Below are positions 52,082 through 64,000 of a stretch of DNA of 64,000 nt, one piece after another. The translations under genes were made by a program, and so were the position numbers. Below the pieces are notes generated by a model. That model saw nothing but the letters and a program-made list of their open reading frames with translations. It was not told where the DNA came from and ran no database searches. The stretch comes from Octopus vulgaris. Its lineage: Eukaryota. Location: contig OX597818.1 in NCBI GenBank assembly GCA_951406725.2, forward strand, positions 21,142,001 to 21,206,000. Reading direction: 5' to 3'. How positions within the stretch are numbered: the first letter of the stretch is position 1; each line of letters starts with the position of its first letter.

Positions 52082-54924
52082 AATCTTTTATTTATTTTTT
52101 TTTTGTTTTTTTAATAATTTTCTTTAATTATTGAGGGTGATTGGAACTGAAAGTGTGTTTTGTTTTGTTTTGTTTTTTCAACCAACCTAAGCAGCCGCGA
52201 CACCCCCGCGCCTCCACAGCCAGATTTTTTAACTTATATATATTTTTTTTTAAATATACTTTTTGATATTTTCATAATGTTGTTCTTATTGTTCTTCCGA
52301 TGACTATTTCTTTGTTCTTCCGCGCTGCCTCATCACGCTCACTCCTTCTGACACTTTAACTATCAAACTACCACCACCTCCACTACCACTACTAGCCTTC
52401 TCTCACTCTTACTCTTTCTCTCTCTCTCTCTCTCTCACTCTTTCTCAGATATATATATATATATATCTTTCTTTCTTACACATGCATATACTGTTATCTT
52501 TTTCTTTCTTACTTTCTTTTTTTCTCACTTTCTTTCTCTCTTTCTCTGTGATGAAGTAAAAAAAGGCATAAAAAGACAAGACAATTAAAAAAAATAACCA
52601 AAAACTCATTAAGAAATCAAAGTCAATATCAAATATAAGAATTTAAAAAAACTAATCAAAAGACAACAACAACAATAATAATAATTTCTTTTTATTGAGC
52701 ACAAAGATCTTAAACTTTTATAAAATGGAAAAATGTTGTGTTGTGATGTTCATGTCTTTTACCCCCAAGGACATAAGCAGCATTAGGGGAAGTGAAGCAT
52801 CTTTCAATACTGGTATAAAAAAAAATAACACATAAAACTCAACGCACCAAGAACTGATCTCTTACATCACATATTAAGGACTTTCTTCAGTTGTGAGGGA
52901 TTGCCCATCAGCTACAACTGCTTTGGAATGAGATCCAAGCTACAAGCCTGGACGCTATCAACATATTTTTGCACAGTATGGCCAAATGGTTAAGAAGTTC
53001 ACTTCACAACCATGACATTTTGTGCTCAACTCCAGTGCATGACATCCTTGGCAAATGTCATTTTCTCTTGTCTTTGGTCACCCACCATACATTATGAGTG
53101 AAAATGTGAAAGCAAAAACTGTATAGAAATTCATTGGATGGAATATAACCATAATTCAAAGTTACAGTCTTGTCACACATGTTGATTGAGCCTGAGAATT
53201 ACATTTAAGAGTACGCATGTTTAGAATGCTTGACCAGTTTATACGTTAATTCAGGAGCAGTTAATTCATTTGCTTGAACAGTTGAACCTGCATCATCAAA
53301 ACCGACAATGAATCATCCATATAACACACGCATACATTTTATTATAATGGCTTAGTCTTAGGAAATAGGGCAGTACCCTTGGCTCTCTTTAGTACCACTG
53401 TGACTGATTGGAGGAAAGGAGGAAGTTATCGTCAAATGGAAGGTGTCACTTAAATGGTACTGTTTAACTGGGTAACCAGGTTGAACCTTGGCTAGTAGCC
53501 AAGAGCATGTATGACCACGCTGATGAAGTTCTACAGTTTCCATCTAATTTCAATCACAAGATTTTGGTTGGCTCAAGGCAATGGAAGAAGGCACTTGTGC
53601 AAGATTCTGTGTGAAAAGATTAAACCAAAAATCATGTAGTTGTGAAGTGAGTCTCTTGACCATGCAAAGATATATATATACATATATGATATATAAATAG
53701 TGTGTGTGTGTGTATATATATATGTATGTATATAAATATATAATATGTAAATATGTATTTGTGTATGTTCAGATGTTAGTATTCACCTCTCAGCCTTAGT
53801 AATGTAGACCAAAGGAAGGTAGACTTACACAGTTTAAATTCTGAACTTTACTTTGGTTGTAGGAGTAATAGTCTAACAGTCTTGGGAAGAGCCACCTCTA
53901 CAGTTTTGTTTTTTTGGAGGTTGTTTTTTTAATGCACAAAGCATGATACACACACACACACATGCACACACACCAATATGAGAGTATTCACAGGTTCATG
54001 TGGCTAGCTTTACATAGCTACTAGATATTTCCGGCTGAGTGAGAGCTAGAGAAGTTGAAGCTGCTCCATAGGTCAATGAAACACTCATCAGTTTTACAGT
54101 GCTGCTGCTAATTACCACTGTTGATCTATATAACATAATGATAATAATCCTTTCTGCCATAGGCACAAGGCTGAAATTTGTGGGGAGGGGGCTAGTTGAT
54201 TACATTGACCCCAGTGCCCAACTGGTACTTATTTTATCAACCCTGAAAAAGGATGAAAAGCAAAGTCAACCTCAGTGGAATTTGATCTCAGAATGTAAAG
54301 AACTGGAGGAAACTCCACTGAACATTTTGTCCAGCATAGTAACAATTCAGCCAGCTCGCCATCCCCGTAATAATAAGTTGTGAAGGGGTGTAGATCAATA
54401 CCAGTCCATAAGTGGTGCTTATTTTATCAAAAACCTACCCCCACCACCCAACTTACTAGCAGAATAAGACACAAAACAACATACAGTAGTGTTAGAAATC
54501 TGAATGAAGAGGTACTGTTAGGTATTTAAGTCAGCCCTTTACTATTTCTGACTTGGGTTCTTACTTAGGCTCAGGGCCAGTAATTTTGAAGAGTAGAGTG
54601 TTAGTTGGTGCTTGACTACTATTTATTTTCTTGACTGCAGAAGGATGATAGGCAAAGTTGATTTAAGGAATGAAAAGAGCCAAAAGGAATGATAATAATA
54701 ATTTCTACTATAGGCACAAGGCCTGAAATTTTTAGGGAGAGGGTAAGTTGATTACATCGCCCCCAGTGCTCAACTAGTATTTCATTGACCCCAAAAGGAT
54801 GAATGACAAAGTCAACCTTGGCGGAATTTGAACTCAGAATGTAGTGACGGGTGAAATACCACTAAGCATTTCATGTAGCATGCTAATGATTCTGCCAGTT
54901 CACCACCTTAATAGAAATAATACC

Positions 54925-55375
54925 ACAGACTTGCTTATCAGTTGCTTGACCGTAACCAGTTGAGCATCTCCCTTAGTGGCTGACGATATGCGCATCTCTG
55001 ATTACAGGCAAGAGTAACGAGAGTGCATTATAACCATGTGTTGAGAGGAATTCTTTGGGGTTTGAATAATTCACCTCTGGAAAGATGAGTGTTTTGTTCA
55101 TCATCCTTAAACAACACTCATTCTGGGACCTTTTCAGCAGGATGGGCTACTCAATCTGAAGAAAATTCTAACTGGGCCCCTCCTGCAAGGTCATGCACTG
55201 TTTATCTTGATATGATATCACCATGTTGTGCATATATGGTTGTGATACAGTGCCTGGTATACCCTTATCAGACAGGTAGCTATGATGGGTACATTGGGTC
55301 TCATAATTTTACCCCAGTGTCACTTTGATAGCATGCATTGCTCTCTCATTCAATAATAATAATAATGATAATAAT
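54925..55375 (+). repeat. Interspersed repeat with (AAT)n tail, probably a LINE 3'UTR
   Basis: Partial second copy at about 51285-51370 (cttagtggctgac...catgtgttgagagg); ends in aataataat. Confidence 0.55.
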
Positions 55376-55964
55376 AAAATAAAACCTATCCAAAACAGAA
55401 CACTTAGCTTGGAGTAAGAAGTAAGGGCCTTGCTGCAGGTGTATATGTTTCTGAAAGCAAGATATATATTTGTGTGTGTATGTGTGTGTGTATCATTTGT
55501 TTTTATGCCAAGTTATATATAAAAATAATTTTGACTTTATACTTTTACAAGGAAAAGGCTGACAGTTACTTCAAAGTTTTGGCTTGCTCACCTTCAAAAT
55601 TCTGACAAAGGTGACCAAACTGAAACTTTTAAACCACACTGGCAACCTTTTCTTTGTAAAAGTTTCATATATATATTTTTTTTTCACACACACAGTTATA
55701 TAAAACTCCAGATGGGCATGAGTATGCAGTGTACTAGAGATCATTTAACTTCGCTTATTCTGCTACGAACATCATGATTTCACATTCTAAACTCATATAT
55801 ACACCTGCGTACATACGCCTTGAGGTCAATAGGGCTGATTTCCCCCAACCCTCTTGATTGATTCCTCTGATCAGAAATGGTCAAACAATTGATTTCCTAT
55901 TTATTGCGCTGTTGTATGGCATAATATCTACCCCACCATTTAAATGTGTGTGTGTGTAACATGT

Positions 55965-56000
<36 letters not shown>

Positions 56001-57934
56001 CAGACAGACAGAAGGACAGGAACACACACACTTTATAAACCCACCCCAGAAAGCATTAATGGTTGCGAGATTAAAAGTGTACTGGATTTTTACTGAACCA
56101 CAAAGACATGTTCCAGACATACTTGGTTTATATTAATACAGCTGTTGTGTTGTGCAACCTGCGGTGCCTGCCTCAAAGGAATGGCAGTTTTTACAAAACT
56201 CAACACTGTGTAACATAAAAATACAAAAAAACAAAAAGGAACAAAACAAAACTAACCAAAAGTACTACTACAAAAATAATATTTGCTTCACAGTTGAGTG
56301 ATTCTAAAAGGAGCATCCAACTGTAAAAATAAATAAAGGAAAAAAAATTTATTTGCTCCTCATATATAGACAAACACATAAAAAGAAAAAAAAAAGAAAA
56401 TATGTGAATGCAAATATTGAAAGATCAATCCAAACCATGCTAGCAAAATAAAATAAGACAAGAAGGGGTTAAATGGGATGGCAGATAAAAACAATAAAAA
56501 TTTAAAATAAATCAGTAAAAAAAATTAACAAACTATAAAAAAAAATAATGCAAAAATTAACCAAAAGAAATTCAACATTTGCATATATTTCTTTCTGTTA
56601 TAATTGTTCGTTGTTGTTTTAGCATTGCAGGTAACCTGTGATCCAGTTTTCAGACAGTACCTAGATGTGATCCACCAATTTATGGTGGAGCATTATACTG
56701 TTCACTTCAACATGCTTAAAGCATTTGTTGTTATTTAGTCCCAGATCAAGACCATATTGTACACTCCAACAACTTGCAGTGCTTTTATATTATGAGATAC
56801 AACATGGACGTCTGAGCATGTTATTGTTATTTTTCAACCTCAAATGATCCCTGATCCAGCAGACCTATTATGATCAAAAGCCTAGTTATGACTATACCAT
56901 CTTCTCTTTTTCAAACATAATGTATCTAAGGCTACATTCTTACCTCTTTTTTAAGACATTGATATAATATGAGATAGATTTACTATTATTTCAAGCAAGT
57001 TGAATATCTACTTGGAAACACTCATATTGGTGAGGGTGGATAAAGTGTTACTTTTTAACCCCAAGTAAATCCTGACCAAGCATTCCTATAAACAAAGGTA
57101 TCCCATTTATTTTTGTTTCCAAAGTATTAATTTGGGTTGCATTTACCTTATCTGTCTTCTTTCTTTTTTCAAGACAGTAGGGTAGGGTTTGAGGAAAATT
57201 TGGTAGCACTTTGTACCAACTTGAGTGGCCATAGGGGTACTTCATGCTAGTGGTGGTGATGGTATTGTGAAATTGTTGGTTGTATTGTGTACATTATTGA
57301 GCCATCTGTGATCAAGTAGACTTGTGGCAGTACATGATGAAACATCATTCATACTTACATTGTTTGTTGTTTAGCCCCAAGTCAAGACTGATCAAGCAGA
57401 CCTACAAGCAAAGATATTCCAACCACGACTATCTTCCCATCATTTTAGGGGTGTCTAGAACTACCATTACCAAATGCAGAATTTTCCAGCTGGGATTTCC
57501 TGGAACTCCAGAGTCCCATGAGAGATTACGAAGGATATAGATAATTTTATTATAACTTATTCCCTTAATTGAGGAAATTTTGGCATATATTTAGTAAAAA
57601 TCACTGATGGGGAAAAATAACTTTATAATAGGGAATTGTAGAGAATTTGGTTATAACAGTTAACTTAGGTTGGTACCAAAAGGGTTAAACCAATCTGAGG
57701 TTGCCCTGGATTTATGATACAAACCTGCTGTTTTAAAGTGATCCAAACTAAAACCTTCCATCAAAATGTCAACAAAGTAATTTTACTAAATTCCTTGTTA
57801 TTTTCAAAATTAATTGAAATAAAGGCAGCATATTTCCACAGGAATATGGTAAATGGGTTAAACCAATTATCTGAAAAATATATTATGTTTGCCTTATGAA
57901 ATCTAACAGCATACCTATACAAGTGTGCCCCTTA

Positions 57935-58381
57935 CCTGACTTCATTTCCTCATAACTTCCAGAAAAATGGATGGATGTCTTTTAATGAAATTTTCTACAA
58001 ATACACTTCAGATGGTGTACATTCCAATTGTGTCAGAATTTATTGTGAAAATTTTTTTCAGAGCTTGGGAAAAAAGTTTTGGAAAATTTACATGTGTTGG
58101 CTTCTTCATAACTTTCAGAAACATGGGTATCTTCTTATAAAATTTTCTACAAATATCTTTCAGAGTGTGTATATTGCAATTATGTTGGAATCTAATATAA
58201 AAATAACAATTGTTGGACACACACACACAAATACATACTGACACCCATTGCATATATCTACAAAATGAAACTTGAAACTTTTGAGAAAAATTGTGATGTT
58301 TGTCAGTATGTGTGCATGCATGCAAACCTATGGATCAGCAGTATCTATCTATAACCGACCTGTCCCTTTATATATTGTAGA
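57935..58381 (-). mobile_element. Helitron-like repeat fragment; related sequence lies at about 2090-2420 inside the hAT element
   Basis: Minus-strand A|TCTACAATATATAAAG start; repeated cataacttccagaaa...gaaatttt blocks shared with 2090-2420. Confidence 0.45.
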
Positions 58382-59544
58382 TCATTGGCTAATGTATCCT
58401 CCTTTATTTAAGGCAATAGGGTATGATCTGAGGGAATTTAACTGCTATTTCTTGAGCATATGGAAGCAACCTCACTGGCTCATGTAATACAGTGAGGTGT
58501 AATAGCTACTTAAATGGAAATTTCATAACACTGGCCATGTTTATAATAGTTTACATAATTGTGTGCTGAATAAATATCACCAGCACAATATTAAATATGA
58601 TAACTTCTGTCCCTAGCAACAAGTGGATGGAAGTTGGGAAACTTTTATCCACTTAAATGTGTGAGATAGAAGAGGTTGGGTAGTCCAGTGAGGTTAGTAA
58701 CAGAGTTGGTGAGATGATAAATAATAATAATGAGAGCTCTAATGGAACATACTCTCTGGGAAAGGACTGAGTTATGGTTGCTAGTATGTGATTTTTTTGT
58801 CTTTTACTTGTTTCAATCATGAGACAGCAGCCATGCTGGGGCACTGCCTTGAAGAATTTTTAGACAAATGAGTCAACTCCAGAATTTATTTTTTAAAGCT
58901 TGGTACTTATTCTATCATTTCCTTTTGCCAAACTGCTAAGTTATGGGGATGTAAACACACCAACACCAGTTATCAAGCAGCAGTGCAATACAAACTGATA
59001 CACACACATATAGATATATATGATGGGCTTCTTTCAGTTTCTGTCTACTAAATCCACTCACAAGGTTTTGGTCAGCCTGAGACTATACTAAACAGCATTT
59101 GCCCAAGGTGTTATGCTGTGGGACTGAACCTGGAGCCATGTGTTTGGGAAGTAAGCTTCTTACCACACAGCCATGCTTGTGTACTAAACAGAAACAGGAG
59201 AAAGAAGAGAATGTATTGCTAGAATTAGACATTGTTCTCTGGCCATGCTGGAGCGCAACTTCTAGGACATAGTCAATTACATTTACTTCAGTACTGATTT
59301 CATAGATCCATACATATATTATTGACTCCAAAAGGATGAAATGTGAAGTAGAGCAGGAAAGATGGGAATATTTAGTCTATTGTTACAAACTCACTTGCTG
59401 TGCTGCATTAAAACATAGAACTGATTTAAGGTAGCAATCTGGCTGAATCATTACAGCATGGGACGAAATACTTGGCAGCATTTCATCTGACTTACGTTCT
59501 CACCAAGGTAAATTTAGAATTATAATTGTGGCCATTGCTGGTAG

Positions 59545-60102
59545 CATGATCTTCGGATGTTGGGCCTCACAAAGGGAAGGGTAAAGGTGGTGAAACTTGA
59601 TCTTCAAATGTTGGACCTCACAGGGGTAACAAGTGACCAAGATCTTTGGCAATATGCTGTGCTTGAGAAAACTTGTCAAGCCAAGTGAAATCGTTGGTGT
59701 TACTGTTTCCAATGTCATATAAATGGCCCACATACCAGTGTCACATAACACACACTCTTGGGGTGGTTGGCATTAGGAAGGGCATCTGGCCATAGAAACC
59801 ATGCCAAATCAGATTGGAACCTGGTGCAGCTTACCAGTTCCAGTCAAACTGTCTAACCCATGCCAGCATGGAAAGTGAATGTTAAATGATGGTGATGATG
59901 ATTTGCTTCTTGCAAGATTTTGCATGAATATGAACTACACTCACGGAGTGGTTGGTGTTAGGAAGGGCATCCAGCCGTAGAAACACTGCCAGATCAGACT
60001 GGGTCTGATGCAGCCTTCTGGCTTCACAGACCCCAGTTGAACCGTCCAACCCATGCTAGCATGGAAAGCGGACGCTAAATGATGATGATGATGATGATGA
60101 TG
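59545..60102 (+). mobile_element. Two tandem RTE-family 3' ends with (GAT)n tails (59545-59901, 59935-60102)
   Basis: Shared ggttggyrttaggaagggcatc...aacccatgcyagcatggaaag...gatgatg end; the first retains RTE C-terminal coding remnants. Other copies at about 4010-4200(-), 7515-7765(-), 13108-13330(-), 27465-27782(+), 38270-38530(-), 50270-50480(+) and 50990-51200(-). Confidence 0.75.
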
Positions 60103-61067
60103 AATAATAACTTATCAACAAGCTTCATAAATATTTTCAAATATATGGGATGGAACTTAAACTTCTGTCTTAAGTTATTTCGAAACATGCAAACTTAAAT
60201 TATGAAGTACATAAACATGCAACTAACCCTACTCCCTTATGCCAAAATTTGAAACCATTATTATTATTATTATTTTGATACAATTTATTGTGATCTCCTT
60301 ATCAGGTCTGTAAGGGTAGCACAGATGGTAACATGCTGAGCAGTAATTAATTTCATTGATTAATGACTGAGTTCAAATCTTGCCAGTCTGCTTCAACATT
60401 ACATTACATCCCACTGTTGGTCTGCATAAAACATTTACTATATTCAGTTCAATGCACTGCAGCTACTTCCAACACGTTATCTGTGTGCATGTAGGTACAA
60501 ATTATATTATGCAATAGAAATTTATTCAGGATCAAGAGGTTACCAACTTCTCAGGGTATACCACCAAGTAGCATAATGAGCAGAGAAGACAATAATAGAA
60601 CTTTTTATGTAGTATATAGGATTGTGTAACCTCTTGTCAGTTCTAATTGAGTAGACTAAGAATGTGAACAATTAAATAAAGTGAAGAGCAACTTGAGAAA
60701 AACATGAGAAGGTAAAATGTTTGACAGATGTGACATATAGTTAGTGAGTTACAATAGCAAGGAGTTGGTTTTTCTCCACTTGCAAACAAATTGGCATGCT
60801 ATATCATGTCCCTTCATAAACCACATATATAATATAGAGCTAGTCAAAAGTGAATGTAAAAATGAAATTTAGTATTTTTCCAAATATGCTTTGATATAAA
60901 GGTGAAACTAAATCATCAGTTAGATACTTGAGAGTAATTTAGTTTGCATCCCAGCCACAGTTTCAGTTCAGTCCCACTGCATGGCACCTTGGGCAAGTAT
61001 CTTCTATTATAGCTCTGTAAGTGGATTTTGTTGACAGCAACTAAAAGAAAACTATATAATATATATA

Positions 61068-61461
61068 CAGGTCATCAACTTACGACCACAATTGGTTCCA
61101 ACTGACTGGTCATAGGTCGGCCTACAGGTCTACATAACTTTGTTTTATATTTTTACATTCTCAGGTAAGAGTTACACACAGCATTCTGTATTATACTATT
61201 ATGCTGGCATTAGTCAAAAATTTTGGAGTCTCAAGCAGTTGTCTTATAAACAAATACGAGGTTGCCTTGATGTCTCCACGACAGGATATTCATCCAACAC
61301 TTGGAATAACCAAACCTAGGGGAAGCATTTGTTAGCTAACATCCCCCATAGATGGGTTAATTTCTAAGAAATTCAACCCATTAGATTTCAACTGGACTAT
61401 TTATTATTGCTGGAGTGCCAATTGTCATAAAGTCAATAGGTCACAAGTCGACAACGACCTG
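61068..61461. mobile_element. pogo/Tigger-type MITE in a (TA)n tract inside a SINE
   Basis: TA | CAGGTCATCAACTTACGACC ... GGTCACAAGTCGACAACGACCTG | TA. Confidence 0.7.
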
Positions 61462-63140
61462 TATATATAGATATATATATATATATATGCTTGTATCTCC
61501 TTGTCTTGACATCACATGATAGTTATAAGAGTGTCACTGTTATACAAGCAGATTCTGGCCATGGGGAAATATTAACTTGGGAGGCAGCCATTGGTTGAAA
61601 ACCTACCTCAATAAACTATGACCCATGCAAGCATGGAAAAGTGAGCATTAAAATGATATGAATAATTGGATATTTTATATTTCCTTCTGTTTGACATTTA
61701 AGCAACTGCAAGGTTTATCAATATTTTACAAGTTTATGGAATTGTGTTCAAATAGTTGTTTTACATAGCAATGGACTCAATTAAATGTATCTGTTGGTAC
61801 TAAACAGAAATCTTTGTAATGATTTTATGAGGTATAGATACGAATCATTTGGCAAATCTGACAGACCTTATGCTGAACATCAAATCAAGATGTCATACTT
61901 CACTGTGTTGGCCATAAGTAGAACATAAGTCCTACAGAGTTAAGTGATTGATGAATTATGTGTAAAACAAATGAAATTACTTGTGGGGATTGAACAGATC
62001 AGTTAAATGGTTGTTAAACATTTATTATATATAGTTACAATTATTTGCATATTTATTCTTAATATGTCTAGACAGCTTCAAAAGCAAAATATGCTGGTCA
62101 CTGTAACATATGTCAAAGGAGTAAAATTTCTCTCTTTCATAATGATAATGTATTCAACACACTTGATTCACTGGCATGCAAGCTTCTGGGACATTGCATG
62201 CCAACATGTCTCAGCAGCCAAAAGTTTCCTGGACCTTTGAGTCTTGCCAAAAGAACAGTTTAACTCCAGTCAGAGAACCTAATGTTTTTCTATTTTAAAT
62301 TGGTGATGATAATGCCTTATACTATGTGTAAAAAATCTTCGCAGTTAAGTTATGATTTATTCATATATGTAATACATACATATATACATTTATATATATA
62401 GTGATAGAAAACAGGGGGTGAAGAAATCCAGGTGAATACCTCAGCACTCCATGTGAAAAAAAGAAAACCTGGCTAACAGAAAGTCAAGTGAGGAATATAG
62501 GTTAACAATACCAAGTGTTCCATAGAAACTGTAAACCAAAAGTATTCACCAATTAATTGGTTGGTGCATTAATTGCAGAGTATAATAGCAATCAGGCAAA
62601 TGTCTGATTGCTATTACAAACCAGTGTCTGATATTTGTACACATACATACATGTCAATGTGGCTTCCATCGATTGATCAATTGTGTGATGTTCATTGAAT
62701 TAAGTGGTTGAGCATCCAATCCAATAGTATCCTTAAGTTGAATTATACATACAATCCATCCAGCAGGCTTTCACACAGCTTCCACCTAATCAAGTTCACA
62801 CCCAAGGCATAGGTTGACTCAAGGCAATAGTAAAAGGGTGTTTACCCAAAATATATTGCTGTTGATTCAAATCAAGGATCTAGGGATTGTGAAGCAAACT
62901 TCTCAACCACTCAGTCATGCTACAGCCATAATACACACCCACACACACACACGTGTATGTGATCATACTGCATCCAAAATATACATTTTTTTTGTTTTTT
63001 ACTTGTTTCAGTCATTGGACTGTGGCCATGCTAGGGTGGTTTTAGTCAAACCTTAAAGGATTTTAGTCCAATAAATCAACCCCAATACTTTAACAAACTA
63101 TAATACATACATACAAACAACGAGGCTTCCACACAGTTTC

Positions 63141-63369
63141 TTATTTCTTTATTGCCCACAAGGGGCTAAACATAGAGGGGACAAACAAGGACAGACAAAG
63201 GGATTAAGTCGATTACATTGACCCCAATGTGTTACTGGTACTTAATTTATCAACTTCGAAAGGATGAAAGGCAAAGTCAACCTCAGCAGAATTTGAACTC
63301 AACGTAACAGCAGACGAAATACCGCTAAGCATTTCGGCCGGCGTGCTAACGTTTCTGCCAGCTTGCCAC
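63141..63369 (-). mobile_element. SINE family C inserted in a family A SINE
   Basis: 15-bp TSD CTTCCACACAGTTTC (63126-63140, 63370-63384). Confidence 0.88.
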
Positions 63370-64000
63370 CTTCCACACAGTTTCAGTCTACCAACTTCAC
63401 TCACAAGGCATTAATAGCAGAAAACACTTGTCCAATGTGCCATGTAGTGAGACTGAACCTAAAACCACAGGGCTGCAAAGCAAGCTTCTTAACCATACAG
63501 CCCTGTCTGTACCTAATGTTATATTTATGTATATGTGTGTGTGTGTGTGTCATATGAGAAGCATATATCAAACCGCACATCTCACACTTCTTACATGAGG
63601 GTATATTGAGCATATCTATCTGTTTGTATCACAAAATAAACATGAATTACAAAGATAATGACTAAAGCAATAAAATATCAAATAAACAAAAGATAGAATT
63701 TGGTTGCCCAGTCAGCTAAATATAAACCAGCATCTGTATCACACTCCTGCCAGAAACAGAATGAAAGCCCTAATGACGTGCCAAAAAGAAAAAAAAAGCC
63801 TCTTGTTGCCTCTATTTCTGTGGTTTATTTGAAATGCTGGCTGAAAGTCAACTTAATATGCATTTATATTGTGTGTGCTTTTTGTTGTTTTTGTGTTTTC
63901 AGAGAGAATGGTGAAGACTGGAAAGTTTGGAGGCGGTAGAGACATTTTTTTTTTATAGCTTTCATTAAATTCTTTGTTTAATCATGACATTAATTATGTG

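Overview
AT-rich, repeat-dense eukaryotic DNA. The SINE families, microsatellite load and RTE tails match what I recall of coleoid cephalopods (Octopus); this is an inference, not a database result. Most of the window is intron. A plus-strand gene of unrecognised family has a well-supported internal exon (31697-31841) and a phase-compatible terminal coding exon (51917-52081), about 20 kb apart, plus weaker upstream exon candidates. A well-formed 80-nt exon on the minus strand (34805-34884) sits inside that last intron and may belong to a nested antisense gene. The rest is a mosaic of at least four tRNA-headed SINE families, 5'-truncated LINE ends (RTE, CR1, R4/Dong-like), hAT, piggyBac, mariner/Tc1 and pogo-type MITEs, Helitron-like elements, a Penelope-type hammerhead remnant, a 79-bp-arm palindrome, degenerate minisatellites and microsatellites. 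Almost all entries in the ORF track are repeat artefacts. I found no clear new multi-gene system. The best leads are the antisense exon, the GAATTAGCAACC motif array, and the hammerhead and palindrome.
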